Of a stretch of DNA of 64,000 nt, positions 26,894 to 36,223 are shown in pieces. How positions within the stretch are numbered: position 1 is the stretch's first letter; each line of letters begins with the position of its first letter. Below the pieces are notes generated by a model, which ran no database searches, was not told the origin of the DNA, and saw only the letters and a list, made by a program, of their open reading frames with translations. The stretch covers positions 4,224,001-4,288,000 of the forward strand of contig OY782041.1 in assembly GCA_963677595.1 (NCBI GenBank), given 5' to 3'. The stretch is from Spirochaetia bacterium (lineage in GTDB: Bacteria > Spirochaetota > Spirochaetia > CAKZLE01). Both the position numbers and the translations under genes were made by a program.

Positions 26894-29602
26894 TCAAGGA
26901 GACAGGAAGAGCGGGATGTCTAAGAGGATCAGCTCGATCGCCGGCTGATTGTCAGAGAACCGCCAGCTCAAGCGTAACCCGGAGGAGAACTGCATCGTGC
27001 TCCTGTTGAAGAAGGTCATATCGGCAAGGAACTCCACCCCCGCCGAGACGAGGGTGTCCTGCGTCCCCGCGGTCGCATCCGCGAAGATGGCACCCCTGAT
27101 ACGCTTCGTGAAGAGCGTCGAGAGGATCGATGCATCGGGGTAGAGGATCGGCAGCTCATAGCTGATCCCCGCAGTCGCGAGCAGGCCATCCACACCGGCA
27201 AGCGGGGAAACATCAGCGAGTTGGTACCCCCTGGCAGGGGTGACGGCCGTCGGAAGTCCAGAACTGTTCCTCCACTCCCCGGAGAGGATGACCTCTACCG
27301 AGTGATCATCGAAGAACGACGGCATCGCTGCCGTCACATCCATATTTGCCCTGAGTGGAGAGGCTGCCACCCCGTTCAGGTCAGGGAGGAGCAGCAGGTT
27401 CGTCCTAACCGAGAACCCGGGGGAGAGCCCGGGGATGGAACGGTAGGGGGCGATCCTTCCGAACGAGAACTCATCGATGAACCCGAGGGTGACCGGATAG
27501 GCTGACTCATAGAGGTCAGTCACCGCACCATACACCCCGATCCGGTGGCTGAGGGCATTGCCGTATCGCTCCAGGTACTGGGATGAGGAGAGGATCGCAT
27601 CGACCTCGTAATCCAGGTCGCCTGCCGTATCATAGAAGAGATTCCCAAGCAGCCCCGCATCGAGGTATCGCCCCTGGTGGGTCAGCCCGGCACGGGCAGA
27701 GAACTCCCCGTCCCCGGGGATATACCCCACAGAGGTGTAGGTCTGCCATTCGAGACGGGGGTCAGCAGTCCTCAGCCCCAGAGAGAGCTCATCGAACCGG
27801 TCAGGAAGGAGGATTCCCCAGGCATAGGGGTTCAAGGCCCACCTGAAGGAGTTGTACGGCTCAGTCACCAAGGAGGCATCATCAACACGGGCTATCTCCT
27901 CATGAGGGAGTTCCAGGTCATAGCTTCCCGAGACATAACCTGAGCCGAAGCCCTCGGTCATGTAGTAACCGGGCTCCACGTGGTAGATCGCCTCATGGTC
28001 GAAGGATTCCTGCCCGATGGCATAGAGATCACCGTCGATGACCCTCGGGGCCCACAGTCCATACGGGGAATCTGTGAGCTGGGTCAGGGACGTACTGCCC
28101 GGGTCCAGGCGGTAAAGCTCCTGGCTCCCGTTCTCATCGGATGAGAGGTAGATCGCATCCCCTTCCCTCTCCAGACCTGAGACGAAGTGGTGCCCCAGAG
28201 AAAAGAGCTCCGTAACAACACTCTGGTGATCGATCTCCACGACCTCGCGCCCCTCATCCCCTTCCAGGATCGCGACATACGTTTCCCCATCCATGATCAC
28301 ATCAGAGAGATAGACCGGCTCATCGAACGCTGATTCCCATACCAGGGTTGAGGAGGCTATATCATAGGTATGGATCGTGGAGAGGCTGTGGGGATCGAAG
28401 GAGACCACCGTGACCTCATCCCCTTCGATAAACGGCTTGCCGGTGAAGATGCCCTGCGCTATATCCCACACCTTACCCGACTCCCGGTCATAGACTGCCA
28501 GCACGGCTGTCGTGATGGTAGCATCGAAGGGGTCGGGCCGGTGCTCGACCCAGGCGACATACGAGGGGGAAATATCGGCATCAGCGGCAGGGATCGGCCG
28601 TATCTCCTCTACCTGGCCATCATAGACCTCCTTGAGCATCAGGCCGTGAGACCGGTCATACTCGAGGAGGGTGATCCTGCCATCCTCAACGAGGAAGTCA
28701 GCCAGGTAGGAGTACCCCATCGCTGAAGCGGTGTAGACCTGCTCCCGGGGGCTCTCCTCCCTGCCATCCATGAGCCAATCAGAGAGCAGGTCCGTCTTCA
28801 CCGCCTCGAAGAGTCCTTCCGGCGTGGTGAACCTCCCGGTCACCGCGGAGATCGCGATGGTCGGGGAGAGGTAGGGAACTGGGAAGTTCCCCATGGTCCT
28901 GAGGAGTTTCCCTGCCGCATTTATCCCGTATTCGTTGAGCAGGTAGCCCATGAGGTAATACCCGTAGACATAGTGGTTCGGCATATTGTGGATGTATGAC
29001 CCGTTCGTCAACTCCTCCCAGGTGATGAAGGGGTGCTCGAGGAGCAGGGCCCTGAAGCGCCTGGTGAACTCGGCCGAGCGGCCCCTGCCCTCCTCGGAGT
29101 AGATCGTCTCCGAGACGACGGCATCCCCCTCGAAGATCCAGGAGGGCACATAGGCGTGGCTCAAGGCTGTCATGAGCTGCATACCGCCAAGGACCCTGGC
29201 AAGGTCCGTGATCCCGCTCGATACCGTCTCGTACTGGACCATATGGCGTCCCTCATGGAGGGAGAGCAGGTGGAGCCACTCCGGCGCGGGGAAGAAGTCA
29301 TCCAGGGGCGTCGTCTCCCAGACCGTACGGGCTACCGGGAGCGAGACATATCCCGACGCAGAGGAGGACTCACGCTCAAGGAGTACCGGCCAGGTGAACT
29401 GCCTGCCGGTCCCAAGGATCGACCGGTATGCATCAAGGATGCCGCTGAGGTCGGAGGCCGCAGCACCTGCGATGTCACCATAGGCCTCCTCATGGATGAG
29501 GTGGATCTCTCCAAGCGTGGTCTCATACAGCTCTTCAGCAGGGAGTGCTGCTGCAAAGAAGAGGAAGAACATACATACCCAACGTCTCAGCGAGTTGCCC
29601 AT
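26894..29602 (-). CDS. Exported protein: gluzincin-like domain + beta-propeller + Omp85-like barrel
   Basis: Signal peptide from ATG29602 (AGGAG RBS); HEGRH + W..EG.A; TolB-like SSDENGSQELYRL..LTQLT; ARGY loop and alternating C-terminal strands. Confidence 0.65.
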   Translation of the reverse strand: MGNSLRRWVCMFFLFFAAALPAEELYETTLGEIHLIHEEAYGDIAGAAASDLSGILDAYRSILGTGRQFTWPVLLERESSSASGYVSLPVARTVWETTPLDDFFPAPEWLHLLSLHEGRHMVQYETVSSGITDLARVLGGMQLMTALSHAYVPSWIFEGDAVVSETIYSEEGRGRSAEFTRRFRALLLEHPFITWEELTNGSYIHNMPNHYVYGYYLMGYLLNEYGINAAGKLLRTMGNFPVPYLSPTIAISAVTGRFTTPEGLFEAVKTDLLSDWLMDGREESPREQVYTASAMGYSYLADFLVEDGRITLLEYDRSHGLMLKEVYDGQVEEIRPIPAADADISPSYVAWVEHRPDPFDATITTAVLAVYDRESGKVWDIAQGIFTGKPFIEGDEVTVVSFDPHSLSTIHTYDIASSTLVWESAFDEPVYLSDVIMDGETYVAILEGDEGREVVEIDHQSVVTELFSLGHHFVSGLEREGDAIYLSSDENGSQELYRLDPGSTSLTQLTDSPYGLWAPRVIDGDLYAIGQESFDHEAIYHVEPGYYMTEGFGSGYVSGSYDLELPHEEIARVDDASLVTEPYNSFRWALNPYAWGILLPDRFDELSLGLRTADPRLEWQTYTSVGYIPGDGEFSARAGLTHQGRYLDAGLLGNLFYDTAGDLDYEVDAILSSSQYLERYGNALSHRIGVYGAVTDLYESAYPVTLGFIDEFSFGRIAPYRSIPGLSPGFSVRTNLLLLPDLNGVAASPLRANMDVTAAMPSFFDDHSVEVILSGEWRNSSGLPTAVTPARGYQLADVSPLAGVDGLLATAGISYELPILYPDASILSTLFTKRIRGAIFADATAGTQDTLVSAGVEFLADMTFFNRSTMQFSSGLRLSWRFSDNQPAIELILLDIPLFLSP

Positions 29603-29665
29603 AGCCTGTCTCCTAGTGTGCGAAATCGTTTTATTCAACATCAGTATAACTGAGAAGGCTGACTA

Positions 29666-29694
29666 TTGACAGACAGTTTCCTATGGATTAGGTT
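29666..29694 (+). promoter_or_regulatory. Promoter of the riboswitch-btu transcript
   Basis: TTGACA-17-TAGGTT. Confidence 0.6.
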
Positions 29695-29699
29695 GTAGG

Positions 29700-29882
29700 T
29701 TAGATTCCGGTCGGCTGAAAGCCGCCAAGAGGGAAACGGGTGAGAGTCCCGTACGGTCCCGCCACTGTAAAGGGGAGCCGTCCTGCCTGTCCCGGAGCGA
29801 TCCGGGAGTCCACTGTTCTGCTTTTTAGAACGGGAAGGATGCAGGACCGGCGATGACCTGAAGTCAGGAGACCTGCCGGAAC
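29700..29882 (+). ncRNA. Cobalamin riboswitch
   Basis: AAGAGGGAA..GGTG.GA.TCC...C..CCCGCCACTGTAA, CCACTG..GGGAAGG, B12 box AAGTCAGGAGACCTGCC; upstream of a btuFCD-like operon. Confidence 0.95.
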
Positions 29883-29989
29883 GGCCAGCCATCGCAGATG
29901 GCCGTCATCGTCGATGACGAACTCACGGAGCATGAGTTACGGGGCAGCCCTCAGCTTGTGTTCTCTATTGTTATATGGAGACATATTCT

Positions 29990-30898
29990 ATGAAAAGACG
30001 AGTAGTACTTGTTCTCATGATCATGATGATGATCGCCGTACCGCTGACTGCCGGAGGGGTGAAGGAATCACCCATCGAGCATGAGAGCGACACGGTCTAT
30101 GTCGACTCCTACCAGCGAGTCGTTCGCATCCCTGCCGAGGTCACACGGGTCGTGTCGCTCGGGCCGAACATCACCGAAGCGATCTTCGCTCTCGGGCTGG
30201 GGGATAACCTCGTAGGTCGGACCGACTACTGCGACTACCCCGCAGAGGTATTCGATATCGCATCAGTCGGCACGATCACCGACCCGAACATCGAGACGAT
30301 CATCGAACTCGACCCAGACCTGGTCATCGGGTCCATCCACACCGAGAAAGAGACGCTCGACCGTCTTGAGGATGCGGGGATCACTACCGTCGGCATCTAC
30401 ACTGAGGAGAACTTCGCCGGCGTCTACCATACGATCAGCGACCTCGGGAAGATCCTCCGGGTCGAGGAAGAGGCAGACAGGATCGTCACGGAGATGCAGG
30501 ATACCATCAGCTATATCGAGGAGACCGTGAAGGGTGCAAAAGCACCTTCGGTCTACTACGTGGTAGGCTTCGGCGAGTGGGGGGACTTCACTGCCGGGGG
30601 CGACACCTTCATCAATGACATCATCACCCTCGCAGGCGGGAAGAACATCGCCGAGGATGTCTCCGGCTGGTCCTACAGCCTCGAGAAGATCATCGAGAAC
30701 GATCCCGACATCATCATCTGCTCAGAGTACTGGGGCACTCCTGAGATGTTCGCATCTACTCCCAGCTATGAGGACTTGCGTGCAGTCACCGAAGGGAACC
30801 TCTACCCGATCGACAACAACATGATCGATCGCCAGGGTGTCCGGAACGCTGCAGGCGCCCTGGTCCTCGCGAAGATATTCCACCCGGAGCTCTTCTAG
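29990..30898 (+). CDS. btuF: Cobalamin ABC transporter substrate-binding protein
   Basis: RVVSLGPNITE.IFALG..LVGRTDYCDYP, E.IIELDPDLV; riboswitch context. Confidence 0.88.
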   Translation: MKRRVVLVLMIMMMIAVPLTAGGVKESPIEHESDTVYVDSYQRVVRIPAEVTRVVSLGPNITEAIFALGLGDNLVGRTDYCDYPAEVFDIASVGTITDPNIETIIELDPDLVIGSIHTEKETLDRLEDAGITTVGIYTEENFAGVYHTISDLGKILRVEEEADRIVTEMQDTISYIEETVKGAKAPSVYYVVGFGEWGDFTAGGDTFINDIITLAGGKNIAEDVSGWSYSLEKIIENDPDIIICSEYWGTPEMFASTPSYEDLRAVTEGNLYPIDNNMIDRQGVRNAAGALVLAKIFHPELF

Positions 30899-30901
30899 GT
30901 C

Positions 30902-31939
30902 ATGAGCAGCCGCATGGGAGGAGCACACAGCAGGCAGGCCTCATTGCCGCTTATCATAGGGATCATCGTGCTCGTCTGCGCCTCCCTGCTCTCGATCTCG
31001 TTCGGAACGGCGAACATCAGCCTGTCTGATACGGTGAAGGTGCTGATCTTCGGGGATCAGGCGACAGATGTCTCCCGTTCCTATATCTACATCATCCAGT
31101 CGATCAGGATCCCGCGTGTCATAACGGCCGTGATCGTCGGCATGGCCCTTGCGGCATCGGGAGTGGTCTTCCAGTCCCTCTTCCGCAACCCCATGGCTGA
31201 GCCCTTCATCCTCGGCGTCTCATCAGGAGCTGCCTTCGGGGTCGCCTTCGCGGCCCTGGTCGGGGCCTTCGTCCTCGTTCCCGGCTCCTGGGGTATCCCG
31301 CTCTTCGCCTTCATCGGGGGGATCGGGGCATCGACGGTCATCTACCTCCTTTCAGGGGGAATGCGATCGACCTCGGTAACGCTGCTCCTCTCCGGGGTGG
31401 CGATGAACTTCCTCCTCTCGGCCATGATGTCCTTAAGCATGTACTTCAACCGGGAACAGCTCGAGGACATCATCTTCTGGACCATGGGATCCTTCTCCTC
31501 GGCAAGCTGGGAGAAGCTCCTCTTCATCTCACCGGTCATGGTCATAGGGCTCATCATCCTGCTCTTCTACCACCGGGAGATGGACCTGCTGCTGCTCGGT
31601 GATGAGGCGGCACGCTCCATGGGCCTCTCCATCAAGCGTACCCGCGTCATCCTGCTGGTGATCTCCACCCTGCTGACCGCGAGTGCCGTCGCCATCAGCG
31701 GCGTCATAGGGTTCGTCGGCCTGGTCACCCCCCATATCATGCGGATGATCGTCGGCCCGAGCCATAAGCGGCTGCTGCCGCTCGCCGTCATCCTCGGCGG
31801 GCTCTTCACCCTCGTTGCCGACACGATCGCGAGAGGAGTTCTCGAGAACTCCGAGATCCCGGTCGGGATCATTACCTCCATGACCGGGGCTCCCTTCTTC
31901 ATCTACCTCCTGCGCAGCCAGAAGAAGGAGGTGTTCTAG
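30902..31939 (+). CDS. btuC: Cobalamin ABC transporter permease (FecCD family)
   Basis: RIPR, FRNPMAEPFILGVSSGA, IGFVGLVTPH, PVGIITS..GAPFF. Confidence 0.88.
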   Translation: MSSRMGGAHSRQASLPLIIGIIVLVCASLLSISFGTANISLSDTVKVLIFGDQATDVSRSYIYIIQSIRIPRVITAVIVGMALAASGVVFQSLFRNPMAEPFILGVSSGAAFGVAFAALVGAFVLVPGSWGIPLFAFIGGIGASTVIYLLSGGMRSTSVTLLLSGVAMNFLLSAMMSLSMYFNREQLEDIIFWTMGSFSSASWEKLLFISPVMVIGLIILLFYHREMDLLLLGDEAARSMGLSIKRTRVILLVISTLLTASAVAISGVIGFVGLVTPHIMRMIVGPSHKRLLPLAVILGGLFTLVADTIARGVLENSEIPVGIITSMTGAPFFIYLLRSQKKEVF

Positions 31940-32743
31940 GTGAAGCATGAGCAGATCATCAGGATAGAGGACCTCTCCTGGTCCTACCATGAGGACCGGC
32001 AGATCCTCTCCGACATCGCGGCCTCGATCGGGAAGAACACCTTCACCACCATCCTCGGCCCAAACGGGTCCGGAAAGACCACCCTGCTCAAGCAGATCCT
32101 GCGGATCCTCCCGGTGGAGAAGAAGACGATCTTCCTCGCTGATACGGATATAACCTCGCTCGACCGGCAGGAACTCTCGAGGGTGATCGGCATGGTGCCG
32201 CAGAACGAACGGAACCCCTACCAGTTCACCGTCGAGGACATGATCCGCCTCGGCCGGTATACCCACCGGCGGGCTGACTCCGCTGATGGGGACGCCGGCG
32301 AACAGGTCATCCGTGACGTCATGGACCTCACCTCCATCACCCACCTGAAAGACCACCTGATCACCGAACTCTCAGGAGGCGAGTACCAGCGGGTCATCAT
32401 CTCCCGGGCATTAGCCCAGGAACCGAATATCCTTGCCCTCGATGAGCCGACGACCTATCTCGACCCGCGCCACCAGCTCGATATCCTCAAACTGCTCAAG
32501 GAGCTGATCAGGACCGAGAACCTCACGGTCGTCTGTATCCTCCATGACCTCAACTCCGCACTCTCCTTCAGCGACCAGGTGATCCTGCTCCACGACGGGA
32601 AGGTGTTCGGCCATGGGACCCCTGAGGAGATGCTCACCACCGAGAACCTGAAGGAGGTCTACGGCATCAACACCGCGCGGATCACCAACCCCTTCACCGG
32701 GAAACCCTTCATCATCTCCGATACCAGGCCCGACCGGGACTGA
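31940..32743 (+). CDS. btuD: Cobalamin ABC transporter ATP-binding protein
   Basis: GPNGSGKTT, LSGGEYQR, LDEPT, LHDLN. Confidence 0.88.
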   Translation: MKHEQIIRIEDLSWSYHEDRQILSDIAASIGKNTFTTILGPNGSGKTTLLKQILRILPVEKKTIFLADTDITSLDRQELSRVIGMVPQNERNPYQFTVEDMIRLGRYTHRRADSADGDAGEQVIRDVMDLTSITHLKDHLITELSGGEYQRVIISRALAQEPNILALDEPTTYLDPRHQLDILKLLKELIRTENLTVVCILHDLNSALSFSDQVILLHDGKVFGHGTPEEMLTTENLKEVYGINTARITNPFTGKPFIISDTRPDRD

Positions 32744-32831
32744 TCGGCAGGATCCACTATCTCCCCCCCTTTTTTAACATTCCCTATTATTCCCTTGCTG
32801 CATATTTTATGGAATATTATGGTATTTTTAC

Positions 32832-32890
32832 TTGACATACACCACAACTAGTCCTATATTATTCCCTATTAGACCATATTAAGGAATATT
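32832..32890 (+). promoter_or_regulatory. Promoter with four phased 10-bp TATT repeats
   Basis: TTGACA-17-TATATT; TATT at 32857, 32867, 32877, 32887. Confidence 0.65.
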
Positions 32891-32892
32891 GT

Positions 32893-33330
32893 ATGACAGA
32901 GAAATTCTATTCAGTCGAGGAGATCTCACAGATGCTCGAACTCCATCCAAAGACCGTCAGGCGCTTCATTCGGGAAGGAAAGATCCCTGGGAAGAAGCTC
33001 GGGCGTGAGTGGAAGGTGGCACGGGAGGACTTCGTCGCCTATGCACATGGGGAGCTTGCCGGCACCGGAGAGAAGGAAGTCCGTACCTTCTCCCCCCCAG
33101 AACAGAGGATCTCCGTATCAGCGGTCATCGAACTGCATGAGAAGGATTCCGAGGAGGCCTCAAGGCTCTCGAACAGCCTCATCGCCATGCTCAATGCCAA
33201 GGACCCTGCATGGGGGCCGGCACGGTATGACCTGATCTACCACCCGGAAGACGGGAAGGCACGCTTCGTCCTCTACGGCTCACCCATCTTCATATCGGAG
33301 ATCATGAAGCTATTCGCCAACATCATATAG
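32893..33330 (+). CDS. Excisionase-like (HTH_17) DNA-binding regulator
   Basis: YSVEEISQMLELHPKTVRRFIREGKIPGKKLGREWKV. Confidence 0.85.
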   Translation: MTEKFYSVEEISQMLELHPKTVRRFIREGKIPGKKLGREWKVAREDFVAYAHGELAGTGEKEVRTFSPPEQRISVSAVIELHEKDSEEASRLSNSLIAMLNAKDPAWGPARYDLIYHPEDGKARFVLYGSPIFISEIMKLFANII

Positions 33331-33340
33331 GAGGCTCAGC

Positions 33341-34189
33341 ATGACCGAGATCTACAAGAGCAGCACAGGTCGTGAAGCTGTCAGGTCAGCCTGCGGCAGG
33401 ATCTATGAAGCCTGGCCGTTCAAGCATGAGGTACACCTGATACAGTCACAGCGGTACGGAACGACCCATGTCATCGAGATGGGGAACCAGGCAGGTCCGA
33501 TCCTCCTCCTGCTCCATGGGACTTCGAGCAACAGCGCCTCCTGGCTGGGCTACATCCCCTCATTCATGAAGGAATTCCACCTCATCATCCCCGATCTTCC
33601 CGGACAGCCGGGGCTGAGCAGCTCGATTCGCCCGTCATTGAAGGATGGGCAGATGCTCGGCTGGCTCGAGGAGGTCACTGACAAGCTCTGCCCTCCCCGA
33701 TTCTCGGTCTGCGGGATGTCGCTGGGAAGCTGGGTCGGGACTCAGTATGCCGCGAGGCACCCTGAGAAGGTCGCAGCCCTCTGCCTGGTCACCTCCGGGG
33801 GCTTCACCAAGCCGAAGGCAGGGTTCTTCTTCAAGGTCCTCCCCCTCGCGATGCTCGGGAAGGCAGGCGTGAAGCGTATCAACAGGCTGATCGCCGGAAA
33901 GGTGGAGCTCTCCCCGGAAGTGGAGGCCTTCGGGGCCTTGGTCGCTGAGCATATGAAGCCGCTCACCGAGCCGATCCCCCTCTTCACTGACGGGGAGATC
34001 TCAGCCCTGCAGATGCCGCTGTGCTACATCGGCGGGGAGAAGGACCCAATGCTCGACACCAGGCGGACGATGCTGAGGATAGCATCGCTGCTGCCCCATG
34101 CGCAGTGCACGTCACTGCCAGGGGTCCACCACCTGGTCCTCGACCAGGGCGAGAGGATCGCACGATTTTTCAGGGAGAATCAGCAATGA
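33341..34189 (+). CDS. Alpha/beta-hydrolase
   Basis: LLLHG, DLPGQPG.S, GMSLG, GEKD, GVHH. Confidence 0.9.
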   Translation: MTEIYKSSTGREAVRSACGRIYEAWPFKHEVHLIQSQRYGTTHVIEMGNQAGPILLLLHGTSSNSASWLGYIPSFMKEFHLIIPDLPGQPGLSSSIRPSLKDGQMLGWLEEVTDKLCPPRFSVCGMSLGSWVGTQYAARHPEKVAALCLVTSGGFTKPKAGFFFKVLPLAMLGKAGVKRINRLIAGKVELSPEVEAFGALVAEHMKPLTEPIPLFTDGEISALQMPLCYIGGEKDPMLDTRRTMLRIASLLPHAQCTSLPGVHHLVLDQGERIARFFRENQQ

Positions 34190-34554
34190 ACATCACGAAA
34201 CTGCACCACGAAGGGAGATCGATCGCACGAGTGACCGCTGATGCAGCAATGATCGGTGATGTCGGCTCCGCCCTGGACCTCATGGCCCAGGTACGGCACG
34301 AGACAGGCAGCTGCCGGATGGTCCTTGATGCGCACATATTCGGTGATCGGTTCTTCGACCTCAGCACGAGGCTTGCCGGGGAGATCCTCCAGAAGTTCAC
34401 GACCTACTCGATGCGGCTGGCTGTCATCGGGGACTTCTCCCGCTATAGCAGCAGGAGCCTCCAGGCCTTCATCCATGAGAGCAACCGGGGTAATGCTGTA
34501 CTGTTCGTTTCGGATGAGTCCGAGGCGCTCAGGAGGCTCTCGTCCGGGGAGTGA
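34186..34554 (+). CDS. DUF4180 family protein
   Basis: FFDLSTRLAGEILQKF..Y...AVIGDFS.Y.S.SL..FI.ESNRG; ATGA overlap with upstream gene. Confidence 0.88.
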   Translation: MNITKLHHEGRSIARVTADAAMIGDVGSALDLMAQVRHETGSCRMVLDAHIFGDRFFDLSTRLAGEILQKFTTYSMRLAVIGDFSRYSSRSLQAFIHESNRGNAVLFVSDESEALRRLSSGE

Positions 34555-34560
34555 ACCCCG

Positions 34561-35034
34561 CTATTCCAGGGAGCCGGTGATCAGTGCAGGTTCCACGCTT
34601 ATGTGCTCAGCATTGAGCATCGAACCGAGACGTTTCAGCGAGGAGAGGATCATCATCTGTTCCCACTCCTCAAGCTCGTCGAAATCGCGGTAGAAATCCT
34701 CCTGCAGCAGTTTCGGGTCACTTGCCAGGATGGATCTTGCTTTATCTGTCAACATGATATGGACTTTTCGCTTGTCAAGGCTGCTGCGCTTCCGCACTGC
34801 GAACCCCTGGGTCTCGAGTCTGTCCAGGATACTGGTGACCGTCGCCTGCGACAGGCTGATATTCCTGGCGATGCAGGAGATGGGGGCGTCAGGGTTCTCC
34901 GATATCTCCTTGAGGACCAGGAGCTGCGGTCCTGTGAGCCCATAATGCTTCTTCAGCTTCTTTGAATGGATATCGATCGCACGATCGATCTTTCTCAAGG
35001 CGATAAATACTTCTTCAACGATTCCCTGTCTCAT
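34561..35034 (-). CDS. MarR family regulator, EctR/CosR-like
   Basis: LRKI.RAIDIHS..L...GLTGPQL, LSQATVTSILDRLE, DKRK, LEEWEQ; divergent from an osmolyte transporter. Confidence 0.85.
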   Translation of the reverse strand: MRQGIVEEVFIALRKIDRAIDIHSKKLKKHYGLTGPQLLVLKEISENPDAPISCIARNISLSQATVTSILDRLETQGFAVRKRSSLDKRKVHIMLTDKARSILASDPKLLQEDFYRDFDELEEWEQMMILSSLKRLGSMLNAEHISVEPALITGSLE

Positions 35035-35268
35035 ACATACCTCACTACACTTGATTAGTACACAAAACAATAAAAAATGCAATATTAATTTTATTGCTTT
35101 GATGTGTAACTATTTTAATTCTGTTAAAAATTGCTCCATTATAGCGTATTTCTGCCATTACAATGCAGATTTTATTATTACAGGGCAAATAGTCTTCCTT
35201 CTACTTCCTTGACATATTCTCATATTTTAATTACTGTTATAACTATATAATGTAACAAGAGGTAACAA

Positions 35269-36216
35269 ATGAGAAAGATAGTAGTAACAGTATTACTCGT
35301 ATTGCTTATTGCTCCCGCAGCCCTGTTCGCCCAGGGCCAGCAGGAAGCGGAAACGACCCAGACGATCGTCTTCGGCGACCTTTCCTGGGACAGTGTCCTG
35401 GTCCACAACCGGATCATGGGTTTCATCATCGAGAATGGCCTCGACGGCTATGAAGCTGACTACATCCCTGGGGACACCCTGCCCATCATCAACGGTATCA
35501 TCCAGGGAGATGTAGACATCGACATGGAGTCCTGGCACTCCAATTTCCGGGATGCCTATGACAAGGGTATCGCGACCGGGAACCTGGTAGACCTCGGCAA
35601 GAACATGCCGGACGCACCACAGGGCTGGTGGATCCCCAGGTACCTTGTCGAGGGACCGAATGCCCTCGCACCAGAGCTTAAGACGGTCGCAGACCTCCCG
35701 AAATATGCGGACCTCTTCCCGGACCCAGAGGATCCAGGCAAGGGCGTGGTATACGGCGGTGTAGCCGGTTGGGCACAGGTCGATATCTCACAGGCCATCT
35801 TTGACAGCTTCAATCTCGGGGAGACCTTCAACATGGGTATCGCCGGATCTGGTTCAGCGCTTGCCGGGTCCATGGTCGGGGCATACACCAAGGGAGAACC
35901 CTGGTGCGGTTACTACTGGGCACCTACGGCAGTCCTGGGAAAACTTGACATGATCCGTCTCGAAGGCAGTGAGTATGAGGCTGCTGATGTCAACATCCTG
36001 GTGAACAAGTCAATGCTCGAGAAGGCCCCCGATATCGTGGAGATCCTGGAGAAGTATTCAACCACTGTCGACCAGAACAACCAGTTCCTGGCAAAGATGG
36101 CTGATGAAGAATGGACCACCGAAGAGACAGCCCACTGGTTCCTCGAGACGCAGGAAGCAGTCTGGACCCAATGGGTATCCGATGACGTTGCAGCCAAGGT
36201 AAAGGCTGCACTATAG
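35269..36216 (+). CDS. proX: Glycine betaine/proline ABC substrate-binding protein
   Basis: GDLSWDS, GDVDI.MESW, GWWIP.Y, YYWAP; signal peptide. Confidence 0.88.
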   Translation: MRKIVVTVLLVLLIAPAALFAQGQQEAETTQTIVFGDLSWDSVLVHNRIMGFIIENGLDGYEADYIPGDTLPIINGIIQGDVDIDMESWHSNFRDAYDKGIATGNLVDLGKNMPDAPQGWWIPRYLVEGPNALAPELKTVADLPKYADLFPDPEDPGKGVVYGGVAGWAQVDISQAIFDSFNLGETFNMGIAGSGSALAGSMVGAYTKGEPWCGYYWAPTAVLGKLDMIRLEGSEYEAADVNILVNKSMLEKAPDIVEILEKYSTTVDQNNQFLAKMADEEWTTEETAHWFLETQEAVWTQWVSDDVAAKVKAAL

Positions 36217-36223
36217 GAGCGTT

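Noticed and set aside
32893-33330. Excisionase suggesting a prophage or ICE
   Set aside because: No integrase or phage genes; extra C-terminal domain and operon context indicate a regulator
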